Under the pieces are notes generated by a model. It had not been told where the DNA came from, searched no databases, and saw nothing but the letters and a program-made list of their open reading frames with translations. DNA of 64,000 nucleotides from Candidatus Omnitrophota bacterium (lineage in GTDB: Bacteria > Omnitrophota > Gorgyraeia > Zapsychrales > Fredricksoniimonadaceae), in assembly GCA_903836515.1 (NCBI GenBank), contig CAILQW010000050.1:14861-78860 (forward strand), in the 5' to 3' direction. This document shows positions 39,467 to 49,213 of the stretch, piece after piece. Within the stretch, counting starts at the first letter, position 1. Every line of letters starts with the position of its first letter. The translations under genes and the position numbers were made by a program.

Positions 39467-39670
39467 TTAGGCCGCAGGGGCATCGAACTTTTGAACGATT
39501 TCCTTGACCTCGAATTCAGCTTTCTCGATCTTGTCCTTGCACAGTTTGACAAGGGTGACGGCTTCCTTGACTTTTTCCGAAAGTTCGTCGATGTCGATCT
39601 CCTCGTTCTCGATCTTGCGAATGATCTCCTCGAGCTTTTCGACAGCTTTTGAGTATTTAATGTCCGGCAT
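39467..39670 (-). CDS. xseB: Exodeoxyribonuclease VII small subunit
   Basis: 67 aa. LEEIIRKIENEEIDIDEL ... typical XseB helical hairpin. Overlaps the xseA stop by 14 nt. Confidence 0.85.
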   Translation of the reverse strand: MPDIKYSKAVEKLEEIIRKIENEEIDIDELSEKVKEAVTLVKLCKDKIEKAEFEVKEIVQKFDAPAA

Positions 39671-41000
39671 CCTGTTTCTCCCTTAGATCGTTTTCTTCGA
39701 CAGTCACACTGCCGACAAAGCCGTCATAAAGTTCGGTCCGTAAAGCCTGGCCCGGGTGGACATCGGCAGATGAACGTAACGCACGGCCGTTTTGGGCCCG
39801 TGTGATGGAAAAACCGCGCTTGAGGACATTCTTTGGGGAAGCCATCTCGATCAGTTTTTGACAATGACCTATTTTAGTCACACAGGCCGTTAAACGCAAT
39901 TGAATTGTCTTTTTTAGCTGGTCCCTTGACCGTTGAAGACCCGTGCGCGCATCGGACACAGATTTTGCGGGAATTGATCTCAAACGCTCAAAAAGCCGGG
40001 CATGATGTTCTTTTCGTCCGGTCATCATGTGCCTTAAGGCTGTTTGCAGGTCGATGGCCGCATCCTTGAGGCATATTCTACGGGCATTCAGGGCTTCATC
40101 GGCCATGCCTTGCAGCGCCTGCCAGGTCTCATCCAAATTCTCTGCGAAGGCCCTGACCCGGCCGGCCAGGAACTGGGCGGCTGCCGTGGGTGTTTTGGCT
40201 GATGTGTGTGCGGCAAGGTCCGCGATGCTTGTGTTGATTTCATGCCCGATACCGGTAATGACAGGGTGTTTTGATGCGGCAATGGCCAGGGCGATCTCTT
40301 TGGAATCGAAACAGGCTAATTCCGCGATAGAACCTCCCCCGCGGGTAATTACAACCGCGTCCAGTCTCTCCATGGCGTTAAACGCCGCGAGGGCCGCGCA
40401 GACGGATGGCGCACAGTTTTTTCCCTGCATCACGGCCCGGGCCAGGTGGACATGAAACCCGCAGCTGCTTTGCACGAGTTCATCTACAAAGTCGTTGTAG
40501 GCCGCCGAATCGAAAGCGGTAATAAGCCCGATTTCAAGCGGTACGGGGCCAAGCGGCTGAGTTTTGTTTTTTGCCAGGACTCCCGATTTTGTGAGTTCAG
40601 CAACGAGTTTTTGACGGTCCTGGGCGATCTTCCCGAGAGTATAAACAGGATCGATATCTTCAACGATGAGGCGGATCTGCCCGAATCCAGGGTAAAAATC
40701 GACCCGGCAAAGAAACTTGACTTCGATATCATCCTTGAGTTCAAAAGCGTTTTCCGCACGCCTGAGGACCGCTTCGATCCGTGGACGGGTGTTCGCCCAG
40801 ATGACCAGGCCAAGACGGGCCTTGACATCGTTGGCGTCGGAAGATCTTTCGACGAGTTCAAAAAAAGCGTGCTGTTTCCCCTTGTTGCGGTCATAACTCT
40901 GGATTTCCCCGCATACCCATACCGCCTGCGGAAAACCCGATGTGACGACATCGCGGATAAGATTGTTGAGTTGCGATACGGTAAAGAATTCCCGGGACAC
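39657..41000 (-). CDS. xseA: Exodeoxyribonuclease VII large subunit
   Basis: 447 aa. N-terminal OB-fold (FTVSQLNNLIRDVV ... VWVCGEIQ) and catalytic core (VITRGGGS). Confidence 0.85.
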   Translation of the reverse strand: MSREFFTVSQLNNLIRDVVTSGFPQAVWVCGEIQSYDRNKGKQHAFFELVERSSDANDVKARLGLVIWANTRPRIEAVLRRAENAFELKDDIEVKFLCRVDFYPGFGQIRLIVEDIDPVYTLGKIAQDRQKLVAELTKSGVLAKNKTQPLGPVPLEIGLITAFDSAAYNDFVDELVQSSCGFHVHLARAVMQGKNCAPSVCAALAAFNAMERLDAVVITRGGGSIAELACFDSKEIALAIAASKHPVITGIGHEINTSIADLAAHTSAKTPTAAAQFLAGRVRAFAENLDETWQALQGMADEALNARRICLKDAAIDLQTALRHMMTGRKEHHARLFERLRSIPAKSVSDARTGLQRSRDQLKKTIQLRLTACVTKIGHCQKLIEMASPKNVLKRGFSITRAQNGRALRSSADVHPGQALRTELYDGFVGSVTVEENDLREKQDAGH

Positions 41001-41004
41001 GGCG

Positions 41005-41412
41005 TTACCTCTTTCCCGCCGGATAAACCGGCATGTGCTGCGCCAAGATGATCTGCGGCTTGAGGGCGTTGAATGCGGCCATCATGGTTTCGTACTTGCG
41101 GTCCAGGATAAGGGCATTGGCGCGCGTTTTATGGTCCATGCTTGAAGCATATTCGGCCTGGAACCGCTGATGTTCATCGAACGCCGCATTGAAGGCGCGG
41201 ACAGCCTGGGCGTAGGGTTCGAATCCCGGCGGGACCGTCGCGGCGAGGTCCATTTTACGGCTGACGATCTGGCGTTGTTCCATCACCTGGACGCGTTGCA
41301 GGTTGCGGGCCATCTCTTGGCGAAAGGCATCAGCCAAAGGCGCGACGCCGGGTGTGCGCCGCCATTTGAACGGCCACCACAGGATCACAAAGGGGCCTCG
41401 TCTTTTTCCCAC
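41005..41412 (-). CDS. Hypothetical protein
   Basis: 135-aa ORF, helical, between xseA and the PEBP gene. No family recognised. Confidence 0.35.
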   Translation of the reverse strand: MGKRRGPFVILWWPFKWRRTPGVAPLADAFRQEMARNLQRVQVMEQRQIVSRKMDLAATVPPGFEPYAQAVRAFNAAFDEHQRFQAEYASSMDHKTRANALILDRKYETMMAAFNALKPQIILAQHMPVYPAGKR

Positions 41413-41948
41413 AATTGGTTCTGGTAGGTGCCGATCAACTGGGCTTTGCCAACGATACGCCCCTGCATAGCCTTTTCCACGATATCCATGGTGGCTCCTT
41501 CGTTGACATCATCCAGGTAGCTGTTAAGGGCATAAAGCGTGAACACAAAATGATGTTCTTTGGCATCAAAGACACAAGGTCCCCCGTAATAAAAATTCCC
41601 GAAGTCGTTCAAGGCCTGCGTCCCGGGGATCGAATTGGCTTCCACTGTACGCGTGCCGGGGCGGATATTGTAGACCAGCCAGTGCGTCCAGGGTGTTATC
41701 GGGTTGTCCGGTTCGCGCAGGGTCAGGACCATGGACCGTGTGCCCGCGGGGATATTATGAAATGCGAGCGGAGGATTGATATCCGCTTCCTTGCAGGAAT
41801 ATGTTCCGGGAATGGCTGTACCGTCGTTAAAAGCGGAGCTGGTCAATGTGAAGAGGGCTGGCGGCGTTTTCTTTTCCGGTGAGCAGAATGCCGGACCCGG
41901 GAAAGATAAGAAAAAGGCTGTGAAGGACAGGATGAAGAACATCATCAT
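41385..41948 (-). CDS. YbhB/YbcL (PEBP/RKIP) family secreted protein
   Basis: Signal peptide, then PEBP signature (NPPLAFHNIPAGTRSMVL ... DPD..HW..YNI ... YGGPCPP-like GGPC). Confidence 0.75.
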   Translation of the reverse strand: MMMFFILSFTAFFLSFPGPAFCSPEKKTPPALFTLTSSAFNDGTAIPGTYSCKEADINPPLAFHNIPAGTRSMVLTLREPDNPITPWTHWLVYNIRPGTRTVEANSIPGTQALNDFGNFYYGGPCVFDAKEHHFVFTLYALNSYLDDVNEGATMDIVEKAMQGRIVGKAQLIGTYQNQLWEKDEAPL

Positions 41949-41994
41949 AGAAAGATTATATACACCCTTTTGGGATGCCGGGCATCTAATTTAA

Positions 41995-42756
41995 TTATAA
42001 AATTTCAATCCCTACAGGACAGTGGTCCGATCCAGGGACATCCTTCAAAATGAAGGCATTACTGAGCCTGGTGAGAAACTCCCGGTCCACAAAGAAATAA
42101 TCGATGCGCCAGCCGACATTGCGTTCCCGCGCACGGGTTTTGTAATCCCACCATGAATAATGACCGCCATCCTGGTGAAAATGACGGAACGTGTCCACAT
42201 ATCCTTTATTCAGGAAGCGGGTTATCCAGGCCCGCTCTTCGGGGAGGAACCCTGTATTTTTTTCGTTCTCTTTGGGACGGGAAAGGTCAATGGGCTGATG
42301 CGCGGTATTGACATCGCCCGTAATGACAACATGGCGGCCCTGGCGGTGAAAGGTTTCAATTTTTTTGAGGAAGAGCTCATAGAACGCGAGTTTGAAGGGA
42401 ACCCGCTTGTTCCCTGCCCCTCCATTGGGATAATAAATATTGAAAAGGACAAAATCACCCATATCCATGACAAGGGTACGGCCTTCGTTGTCGAATGAAG
42501 GGTCGCCCAGGCCGTATCCCACAGATAAGGGCTCTTTTTTCGTGTAAACCGCCACACCGCTGTAACCTTTTTTCTGCGCCGCGCACCAGTAGGATGTGTA
42601 GCCGGGAACATGCCGCAGGGCGTCGTCAAGTTGCTGGGGGTCAGCCTTGGTTTCCTGAAGGCAGAGGATATCCGGAGCTTCGGTTTTTAACCAGGTCAGG
42701 AACCCTTTTTTTTGTACGGCCCGAATACCATTCACATTCCAGCTGATCAGGCGCAT
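41995..42756 (-). CDS. xth: Exodeoxyribonuclease III
   Basis: [14 protein letters not shown]-terminus, [15 protein letters not shown]-like [11 protein letters not shown] and C-terminal SDHCPV motif. The ATG at 42756 is preferred. Confidence 0.85.
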   Translation of the reverse strand: MRLISWNVNGIRAVQKKGFLTWLKTEAPDILCLQETKADPQQLDDALRHVPGYTSYWCAAQKKGYSGVAVYTKKEPLSVGYGLGDPSFDNEGRTLVMDMGDFVLFNIYYPNGGAGNKRVPFKLAFYELFLKKIETFHRQGRHVVITGDVNTAHQPIDLSRPKENEKNTGFLPEERAWITRFLNKGYVDTFRHFHQDGGHYSWWDYKTRARERNVGWRIDYFFVDREFLTRLSNAFILKDVPGSDHCPVGIEIL

Positions 42757-43187
42757 GTTGATTGATCCTTTTGATTTATGGGAAGCTCCGCCAGTGTCCG
42801 GATCACACGGCCCAGCGATGGCGATACAGCCATATTCTTGAGGGTGTCCGGGGAGAACCATCCAAAAGCGTCATGTTCATCGGATAGGGTTATCGCGGCA
42901 TGATCGGCGTTGACCATGAAAATGAGATAAAGGATGCGGTCATGCTCGCGTTCCCACTCAAAAGCGTCAAGCAAGCCGTTGGGGGTGACATTGATGCCGG
43001 CTTCCTCGCGCCATTCACGTTGAAGGGCGTCGATCATGTTTTCTCCCGCGTCCACTTTCCCGCCGGGGAATTCCCAGCATCCCGGGTAATTTTTTGAATG
43101 CGGTGCGCGGCGCATGAGGAGTGTTTTTCCTGAAGTGTCTTGAAGGACACCCCGCAATACCAGAAGATAAGGTTTGATGTCAGCCAT
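42747..43187 (-). CDS. NUDIX hydrolase (MutT-like)
   Basis: Nudix box [24 protein letters not shown]. Confidence 0.8.
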   Translation of the reverse strand: MADIKPYLLVLRGVLQDTSGKTLLMRRAPHSKNYPGCWEFPGGKVDAGENMIDALQREWREEAGINVTPNGLLDAFEWEREHDRILYLIFMVNADHAAITLSDEHDAFGWFSPDTLKNMAVSPSLGRVIRTLAELPINQKDQSTCA

Positions 43188-43199
43188 TGGGAGAACAGC

Positions 43200-43673
43200 T
43201 CAGGATTTCTTGCGGTTTATCCTGGCAAAAGTGCCCAGCACTTTTTCCAGGAGTTCACTCCAGACAACGCCATAGGCCTTGTCGAAATAAATAGTTTGCT
43301 CCACATCCACCCCATTGACCTTGGCAATCTCGACACCGACCTGAAAGACGGGTTTGCCTTCAGGCGGAGGATTGGCAGGCTGGCACCAGCATACCTCCCC
43401 TTGCATGAAAATGACTTCGCGGCTCTTGGGCAAATGCATGTCGATCCACAATAACTCGCCCGGTTCCAGGGTTTTGGGTGTTTCAAACGATAGCCCGTGT
43501 ACCGAGATATCCCTTGAAAAGCCGTTGTACTGATGTTCGCGGCCTTCCATGACTTCTTCATCGATCTTGAAGTCCACTTCAGCCTTGAAATCATACTGGA
43601 TGCGGAATTCCAGGCGGGCATCGGTTTCATAACGTTTGTGCCGGCGTTGGTTGGTCACAGCGTGTTGTTCCAT
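43200..43673 (-). CDS. PilZ-domain protein (putative c-di-GMP receptor)
   Basis: RRHKRYET (RxxxR) and DISVHGLSF (DxSxxG) PilZ motifs. 157 aa. Confidence 0.6.
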   Translation of the reverse strand: MEQHAVTNQRRHKRYETDARLEFRIQYDFKAEVDFKIDEEVMEGREHQYNGFSRDISVHGLSFETPKTLEPGELLWIDMHLPKSREVIFMQGEVCWCQPANPPPEGKPVFQVGVEIAKVNGVDVEQTIYFDKAYGVVWSELLEKVLGTFARINRKKS

Positions 43674-43758
43674 GGGCTATTCTCCTGTCCCGATGATCAT
43701 TTATTCACTTGGATATTATCCCTGCCGGCAGATAGTTTGGGAAGGGATTTTTACAGGG

Positions 43759-44334
43759 TCATTTTTTGACCAGAAATGATGAGAAACCTTTGATGGTACG
43801 CGCGGTCAGCGGATCAATATTCTCACCGTATTGGCCGTTTGAGAAATGAATAATACCCAAGGCGTTAGTGTTCTCTCCCGGCAGGGCCGTGACTGGCAGG
43901 GGGACACACAGCATGCCCATATATTTTGCGTAGGTATGCAGGGCTTGCAGGCAAAGATCTCCGCCGCCTTGCGGATTTCCCGCGGAGGTGAATGCCGCGA
44001 ATTTCTTGCCGGCGAGGCTCCCTTCGACCCATAGTTTTCCCGTGGAATCCATAAAAGCCTTCATCGACGCAGAGACGTTGCCAAAATATGTCGGAGAGCC
44101 CATGATGATGACATCGGCTTTGATCAATGCGTCGGGCGTGGCTAAAGGGATCGCGCGCATCGCGCGGAGGTTCGATTGTGCGGCAGGAGAAATGCCCGGT
44201 TTTTCGGTCCATCCCTGGTCCGGAGTGCGCAGGAGCCTTACGGCAGCGCCGATCGATTTCAACTCTTTCTCGAATTGATCCGCGATGAGGTAATTGTTGC
44301 CGCACATACTGTGAAATATGATCGCGATGTTCAT
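43759..44334 (-). CDS. Flavodoxin-like NAD(P)H-dependent FMN reductase family protein
   Basis: MNIAIIFHSMCGNN ... IIMGSPTYFGNVSASMKAFMD flavodoxin-fold signature. Confidence 0.7.
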   Translation of the reverse strand: MNIAIIFHSMCGNNYLIADQFEKELKSIGAAVRLLRTPDQGWTEKPGISPAAQSNLRAMRAIPLATPDALIKADVIIMGSPTYFGNVSASMKAFMDSTGKLWVEGSLAGKKFAAFTSAGNPQGGGDLCLQALHTYAKYMGMLCVPLPVTALPGENTNALGIIHFSNGQYGENIDPLTARTIKGFSSFLVKK

Positions 44335-44359
44335 GGGAAGGCCTCCTGTTACAGTAAAA

Positions 44360-45817
44360 TTAACCGATCAGCGCATAAGCCAGGCTGATCAACACGACAG
44401 CATAGGGCAATGACATAAGGAACATGCGCAAATAGGACAAGCCTATATGCCGGGCGATCGCGCTGGTGAGGAGAAAAAGGAACGCGGCCTGGCCGTTAGG
44501 CGTCAGGATTGAAAAAATATTGGTTCCTGCGTTGATTAAGAGCGCCATTTTATCGAACTGGATGCGGTCAATGACGCCCTGGGTCAATGCGTTGGATGCC
44601 TGGTGGATGTAGATGCTGGCGACAAAAACGTTGTCGCTTACGGCTGAGAGGATGCCGCTGGACAGGAAGAAGGCGTATAACTGCCCTTTCCCCCGGGATT
44701 GCAGGGCCATATGGGTGATCGGTGAAAAAAGCCCCAGAGATTCGATCATCGCCACGATTACGAAGAAAACGACCAGGAGTCCGGCAAAGGGCATGGCTTC
44801 TTCAAACGACTTGCCGATCTCATGTTCGTTGGTTTGTCCGGTCAGTACCGGAAGGCAGATGAGAAATCCCAGGCCGATGATGCCGATAGGGGCGATCTGA
44901 AAGGCAAGCGCAAGCATAAGGCAGAGGAATGCCGATGACATGATGATCATTTTTGTCGTGTGTGCAGGATCGTTTTCTCCCAACAACTCCCCGGATTTTT
45001 TTTCGATGGATGCGGCGATGCGCTCCGGCAGGCGGTAGCCGAATCCAAAGGCGCGCACACGCCAGAATTCAAGGGCAAGGCAGACGAGGATACCCGCTCC
45101 CTGCAAGGGAATGGAAAAATGCGCCATCTTGAGGTAGAAATCCTGGAAAGTCCAGCCCGCGTATTTGCCGATAAGAAGATTCTGGGGCTCACCAATGAGC
45201 GTGGCCACTCCCCCCAAAGCGGTCCCCACGGCCCCGTGCATCAGGAGGTTTCTTAAAAAGCCATTGAATGCCTCGGTCTCTTCAGGGGATGTGCGTTCCA
45301 CCGACAGATAAATTTTCCTGACCGCCACACTGACACTGATCATCACCGCCAGAACTGTGAGCGCGTCAAGCCAGGCGGAAAGAAAGGCGCCGGAGATTAA
45401 GAAAACAAGGCTCAGCAGGATTTTATTGCGAATGGTTGAAAACATGCGCAGGAAGAGCCATCCCAAAAGGGGCTGCATGAAATAGATGGCCGGGACCATG
45501 AACATGAGCAGCATCAGCACATCGATATTGCGTGTGATCTCATGCATGACACTGGTTGAGGATGTCATGTTCAGGCAGAGCGCTTCCAGCGCCAGAAGGC
45601 CGCCTGGGAAAAGCGGGTAAGACTTCAGGGCCATGCCCAGGACGAGAAGGAATTCGAGGAGGACAGCCCACCCTGCGATAAAAGGACCGCAAGAGAAATA
45701 GACTGCTGCGTTAGTTGTGAGAAATACGGCGATGAGGATCTTGTACCAGCGGGGGGAAGATCCCATGAAAAGCGTTGCCGCGTTATGGATATGACGCCGG
45801 ATGGTCCCCGCCCCCAT
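44360..45817 (-). CDS. ArsB/NhaD-superfamily ion transporter (NhaD-like Na+/H+ antiporter)
   Basis: 485 aa, about 12 TM. Two-repeat permease with conserved mid-protein loops, resembling the NhaD/ArsB/citrate-transporter fold. Confidence 0.6.
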   Translation of the reverse strand: MGAGTIRRHIHNAATLFMGSSPRWYKILIAVFLTTNAAVYFSCGPFIAGWAVLLEFLLVLGMALKSYPLFPGGLLALEALCLNMTSSTSVMHEITRNIDVLMLLMFMVPAIYFMQPLLGWLFLRMFSTIRNKILLSLVFLISGAFLSAWLDALTVLAVMISVSVAVRKIYLSVERTSPEETEAFNGFLRNLLMHGAVGTALGGVATLIGEPQNLLIGKYAGWTFQDFYLKMAHFSIPLQGAGILVCLALEFWRVRAFGFGYRLPERIAASIEKKSGELLGENDPAHTTKMIIMSSAFLCLMLALAFQIAPIGIIGLGFLICLPVLTGQTNEHEIGKSFEEAMPFAGLLVVFFVIVAMIESLGLFSPITHMALQSRGKGQLYAFFLSSGILSAVSDNVFVASIYIHQASNALTQGVIDRIQFDKMALLINAGTNIFSILTPNGQAAFLFLLTSAIARHIGLSYLRMFLMSLPYAVVLISLAYALIG

Positions 45818-45820
45818 GAG

Positions 45821-46234
45821 CTATTCGACCCTCACAGCCGCGATATCGAGTTTGGATATGCCCAGGGCGGTCATGATATCCAGGACATCAACGACGTCCT
45901 TGAAGCGGGTCTGCTGGTCGGATCTCAGGTAAACGTTCAGGCCGGGGCTGGTTTTCTTCATGGCAGCGATTTTGCTCTTTAGCTCCTTGTGCGTCACGAC
46001 TTTTTCATCAAGGTAAACCATTCCTTCGCTCGTGATTGTCACAACCGTCTGCTTGACCTTGCCGGCATCCCGGGGTTCGGCACTCTTTGATTCCGGGAGC
46101 TTGACCTTGATGTTGGACTGATAAATAAGGGGGGTTGCCAGCATGAAAATGACCAGGAGAACCAAAATCACATCCGTGAACGGCGTGATATTGATCTCGG
46201 CGACGAGCGGGCGTGTGCGCGGACGCCTTTTCAT
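45821..46234 (-). CDS. exbD: Biopolymer transport protein ExbD/TolR
   Basis: 137 aa. EINITPFTDVILVLLVIFM TM, then the periplasmic domain. Confidence 0.8.
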   Translation of the reverse strand: MKRRPRTRPLVAEINITPFTDVILVLLVIFMLATPLIYQSNIKVKLPESKSAEPRDAGKVKQTVVTITSEGMVYLDEKVVTHKELKSKIAAMKKTSPGLNVYLRSDQQTRFKDVVDVLDIMTALGISKLDIAAVRVE

Positions 46235-46849
46235 GACCTGGCTCCGATCAAAAGATCGCGTGCTTCGGAAGCCGCGATGTCCATGTCCATCACAAAACGT
46301 TCAATCCGGCTTTGGCAGTAATTGAAGGCGATGACCGCAGGGACCGCCACACAAAGCCCGACGGCCGTGCAGATCAGCGCTTCCGCGATGCCATTGATAA
46401 CAACCCCCATGCCGCCAGCCCCCTGCTGGGCGATATCATGGAAGGCGCGGATGATTCCCAGGACCGTGCCAAAAAGGCCGATATAGACCGCGGTACTGCC
46501 GATGGTGCCGATGATGGCCGTGCGGCGTTCCAGTTTGATGGTTTCGATGGTGATCTGACGTTCCATGGCGTTGTCCATGACTTCGCCCGTACTGTTACGC
46601 AAGGCCAGCCCGGTACCGACAACAGCGGCAAAAGGGGTCTCGGTGTGCTGGCAGATCTCCTGGGCCTTGGTAAAATTGCCCCGGCGGATCTGTCCGGCAA
46701 TATCCATCATGAAAATGTCGCGCGTGACACGGGATGACCTGTAATAAAGAATGGCCCGTTCGATGATAACCGCCAGGGAAAGCGTGGAAAGGAACATCAG
46801 GAGGATGACAGTCCCCCCGCCCAGTTGCAGCATTTGCCAGAGTGACATG
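46231..46849 (-). CDS. exbB: MotA/TolQ/ExbB proton-channel protein
   Basis: Three TM. Conserved C-terminal channel region (AIIGTIGSTAVYIGLFGTVLGIIRAF ... GIAEALICTAVGL). The ATG at 46849 is preferred over the track start at 47016. Confidence 0.8.
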
Positions 46850-46957
46850 AAAAACAACCTCCCCAGGAAGATCCTGTTACCGTTTGGATGGAAAAATACG
46901 TATGAAACTGTAGCAAAAACAAGTCGCGCCGTCAATGGGCAGGCGGAAAAAGAGAGA

Positions 46958-49106
46958 TTATGGGTTAACGGGGACCGATGGCGGGACAGCCGTTCCCGGG
47001 CCAAACAACGCATCAATCTTGACCGGACGCGGGCTTCCTACCGGAACTGGAAGAAAGCCTCGCAGGTCGCGTTGAAGGTGCAGGATTTCGGCGGGGTTAA
47101 ATTGAGAGCTGCCGTCAGGGCTCATCCCCATCACGTGAAGATAATGCCCCTGCCCCAGGTCAATACCGCCGTTGGGGGAAGCAGTGTCGATCGAAGTGGA
47201 TTCTTCACTGTTCCGGAAATGCTTCTTTAGAGCGAGCCAATGCCTGTTCAAAATATCGTTGTATATCTTCATCTTTGTTTTTGTGGTTTGATCATTCAAG
47301 TCCGTATGACGCGCGATGATCCTCATGAAAAGAGGAAAGAAAGGAAGATCGAGCCATAAGGAGATGAATGCCCCGCCTGCCGTGGCGGCGCAGATCTTGC
47401 CCACAGATGAATATTTTTTCCACCATGTCTTCATCCTGTCCGTGTTCCAGGGGGGCATATCATCCGTATCAGAACCGGATGTTTGCGCTTGATCCCTGAG
47501 CGTCCGGTAAGGCCGTGGTGGTACGAAACGTTTTGGCCATGGTTGAGCTCTGGATTTTTTTTGAAAGGCGTCCGCACGTGTTTTTTGTAACATATAAACT
47601 TCGGACATAAACATTTCAATTTTTTTGATTTTTTTAATATTATCACCCATAGACTCTTTGTGGGTCCTGAGAGCGTTAAACAGGTTGTTTAGCGCCACCT
47701 GATTGAACGTGTGATAATTGCGATGCAGGGCATCAGCCCCATTTGTGGATTTGAGTTTTTCCAGGAAATAACCGTAAGTATTGAGGCGTTGGTGGGTTTG
47801 TTGAGCCGCATCGTATTCCTGGTCGCTGTCTGTGGACATATCAAATTTTAGCTGGTAGGTAATTGTTTTATAATCTTCATTAAATCTTATGCCGTAGTTG
47901 TTATTGGCGTTATCAGGGTGCAGGGCTTTGTGAAAGGCAAGCCCGCCCGCGAAATATTTGCGTGCAAGAGGTTGTTGGGTCGTGCGGTCAAATTCTTCTT
48001 TCACGTAGTTGTAAACACCTTTCCGGTACGCCTGAAGGTATTGCGCGTATACCTGTTCCCTGGCGTTCTTCTGCGCGATTTCAAAGGCCGACTACCTTAT
48101 TTGTGCCTATATAAATCCGATTGATCAGACTGTTCTTTAAGCTGTTTTTGTACCACCCCGCCAGGATCAGGGAGTAAAAAATTTGCCGTAAGGGGGCAAA
48201 GTTTTTACCTTCGTTGACTTCTTTTTCGAGGATGGGGATGACGATGTCACGCAGGACATCCTTGATGATTATATTACGGGAGGACACAAGGTCCTCCCCT
48301 ACGCTCATGGAATTAACATTTTGTAGTGTAGGGGCGGACCTTGTATCCGCCCGTGCCATGTCCTTCTGTTGGGACATGGCTACGTCCCCGGCAGGAGCCG
48401 AGGATTCCGCCATGTCCTTCTGTTGGGACATGGCTACATAATCGCTTTCCAGCATTACCTTCAAATGGGCTTTTGTCACGAAGGCGTTGCCGTCGTGTTG
48501 ATATACTTCGGCTTCATCGGGGGTGATCCAGACCTTGTTGAAAGTATCCACCGGGATATCGGCATGGCCGAATTTCGCGTATACCTGGTTGTAAATGGTA
48601 TCCCAAAACTTCCGCCCAAGATCATTTTCCGGGTACATCAAGGTTGACATCACCTGCTTAAGGATGTAATCCTGCGCCAGCATGTCGCGCCCGGCATCGG
48701 TATGACTTAACGGATCGGCCATGATCCTGTTTTTTTCGGCGGGCGACAGGTTAACCCACAACTCGTTCTCCGGGACGGCCAGTCCTGCCAGGAAATATTT
48801 TACAAGACGGGTGGTCTCATCGGTCAACGTTTGCTCTTTCAGATCAGCCGTCCCGTTATCCACAATAAAATCGATCAGGAGAGGATCTTCAGGATGGAGG
48901 GACACACCCTTGAGCAGGACCGGCGTAACAGGTTCTGAAAGCCCGATCATCTCCCCCGGCTGGGGCAGATTAAAAACAGACTGGGCGTACCCCTGAGGAG
49001 GGATAATTATGTTAAAACAGAATATTGTTAGAATAATATATGTTTTAAGTCGTTGCATGGGTAGACCAATTGCCGGGAATTTTTGTAAAAAGTATAATAT
49101 ATACAA
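46958..49106 (-). pseudogene. Frameshifted paralog (~716 aa) of the N-terminal region of the giant protein, ending in the GIDL module (family copy E)
   Basis: ORFs 48081..49106 and 46958..48004 (same strand, different frames) are collinear with giant-protein residues ~40-400 (QPGEMIGLSEPV.. vs QPGAMVGLSPAY..; LHPEDPLLIDFIVD vs LHPEDPFRFDFMVH; DMLAQDYILKQV vs DLLAQDYLLKQL; KVWITPDEAEVY vs KVWIIPDRASVY; ARKYFAGG vs PRKYFSGG). The frame switch lies at about 48004-48081. The C-terminus is GGIDLGQG...FNPAEILHLQRDLRGFLPVPV. Confidence 0.55.
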
Positions 49107-49119
49107 ATAAAAATAACAA
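49091..49119 (-). promoter_or_regulatory. Candidate sigma70-type promoter for the paralog gene (TTGTTA-17-TATACT on - strand)
   Basis: Reverse complement of 49091..49119 reads TTGTTA, a 17-nt spacer, then TATACT. Compatible only with translation starting at the second Met (MQRLKTY..., 49058). Confidence 0.25.
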
Positions 49120-49123
49120 TTTT

Positions 49124-49162
49124 TTTGATTCCGGATAAAAAAAGCCCCTGAGAACTTTCGTG
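49124..49162 (-). terminator. Rho-independent terminator of hppA
   Basis: 10-bp stem AGCCCCTGAG / CTCAGGGGCT. On the minus strand it is followed by a run of seven T (complement of the A7 at 49126..49132). Confidence 0.6.
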
Positions 49163-49213
49163 CTCAGGGGCTTTAATTCAACACTACAGATGCGGAATAA
49201 CCGCTTTAGGTAC

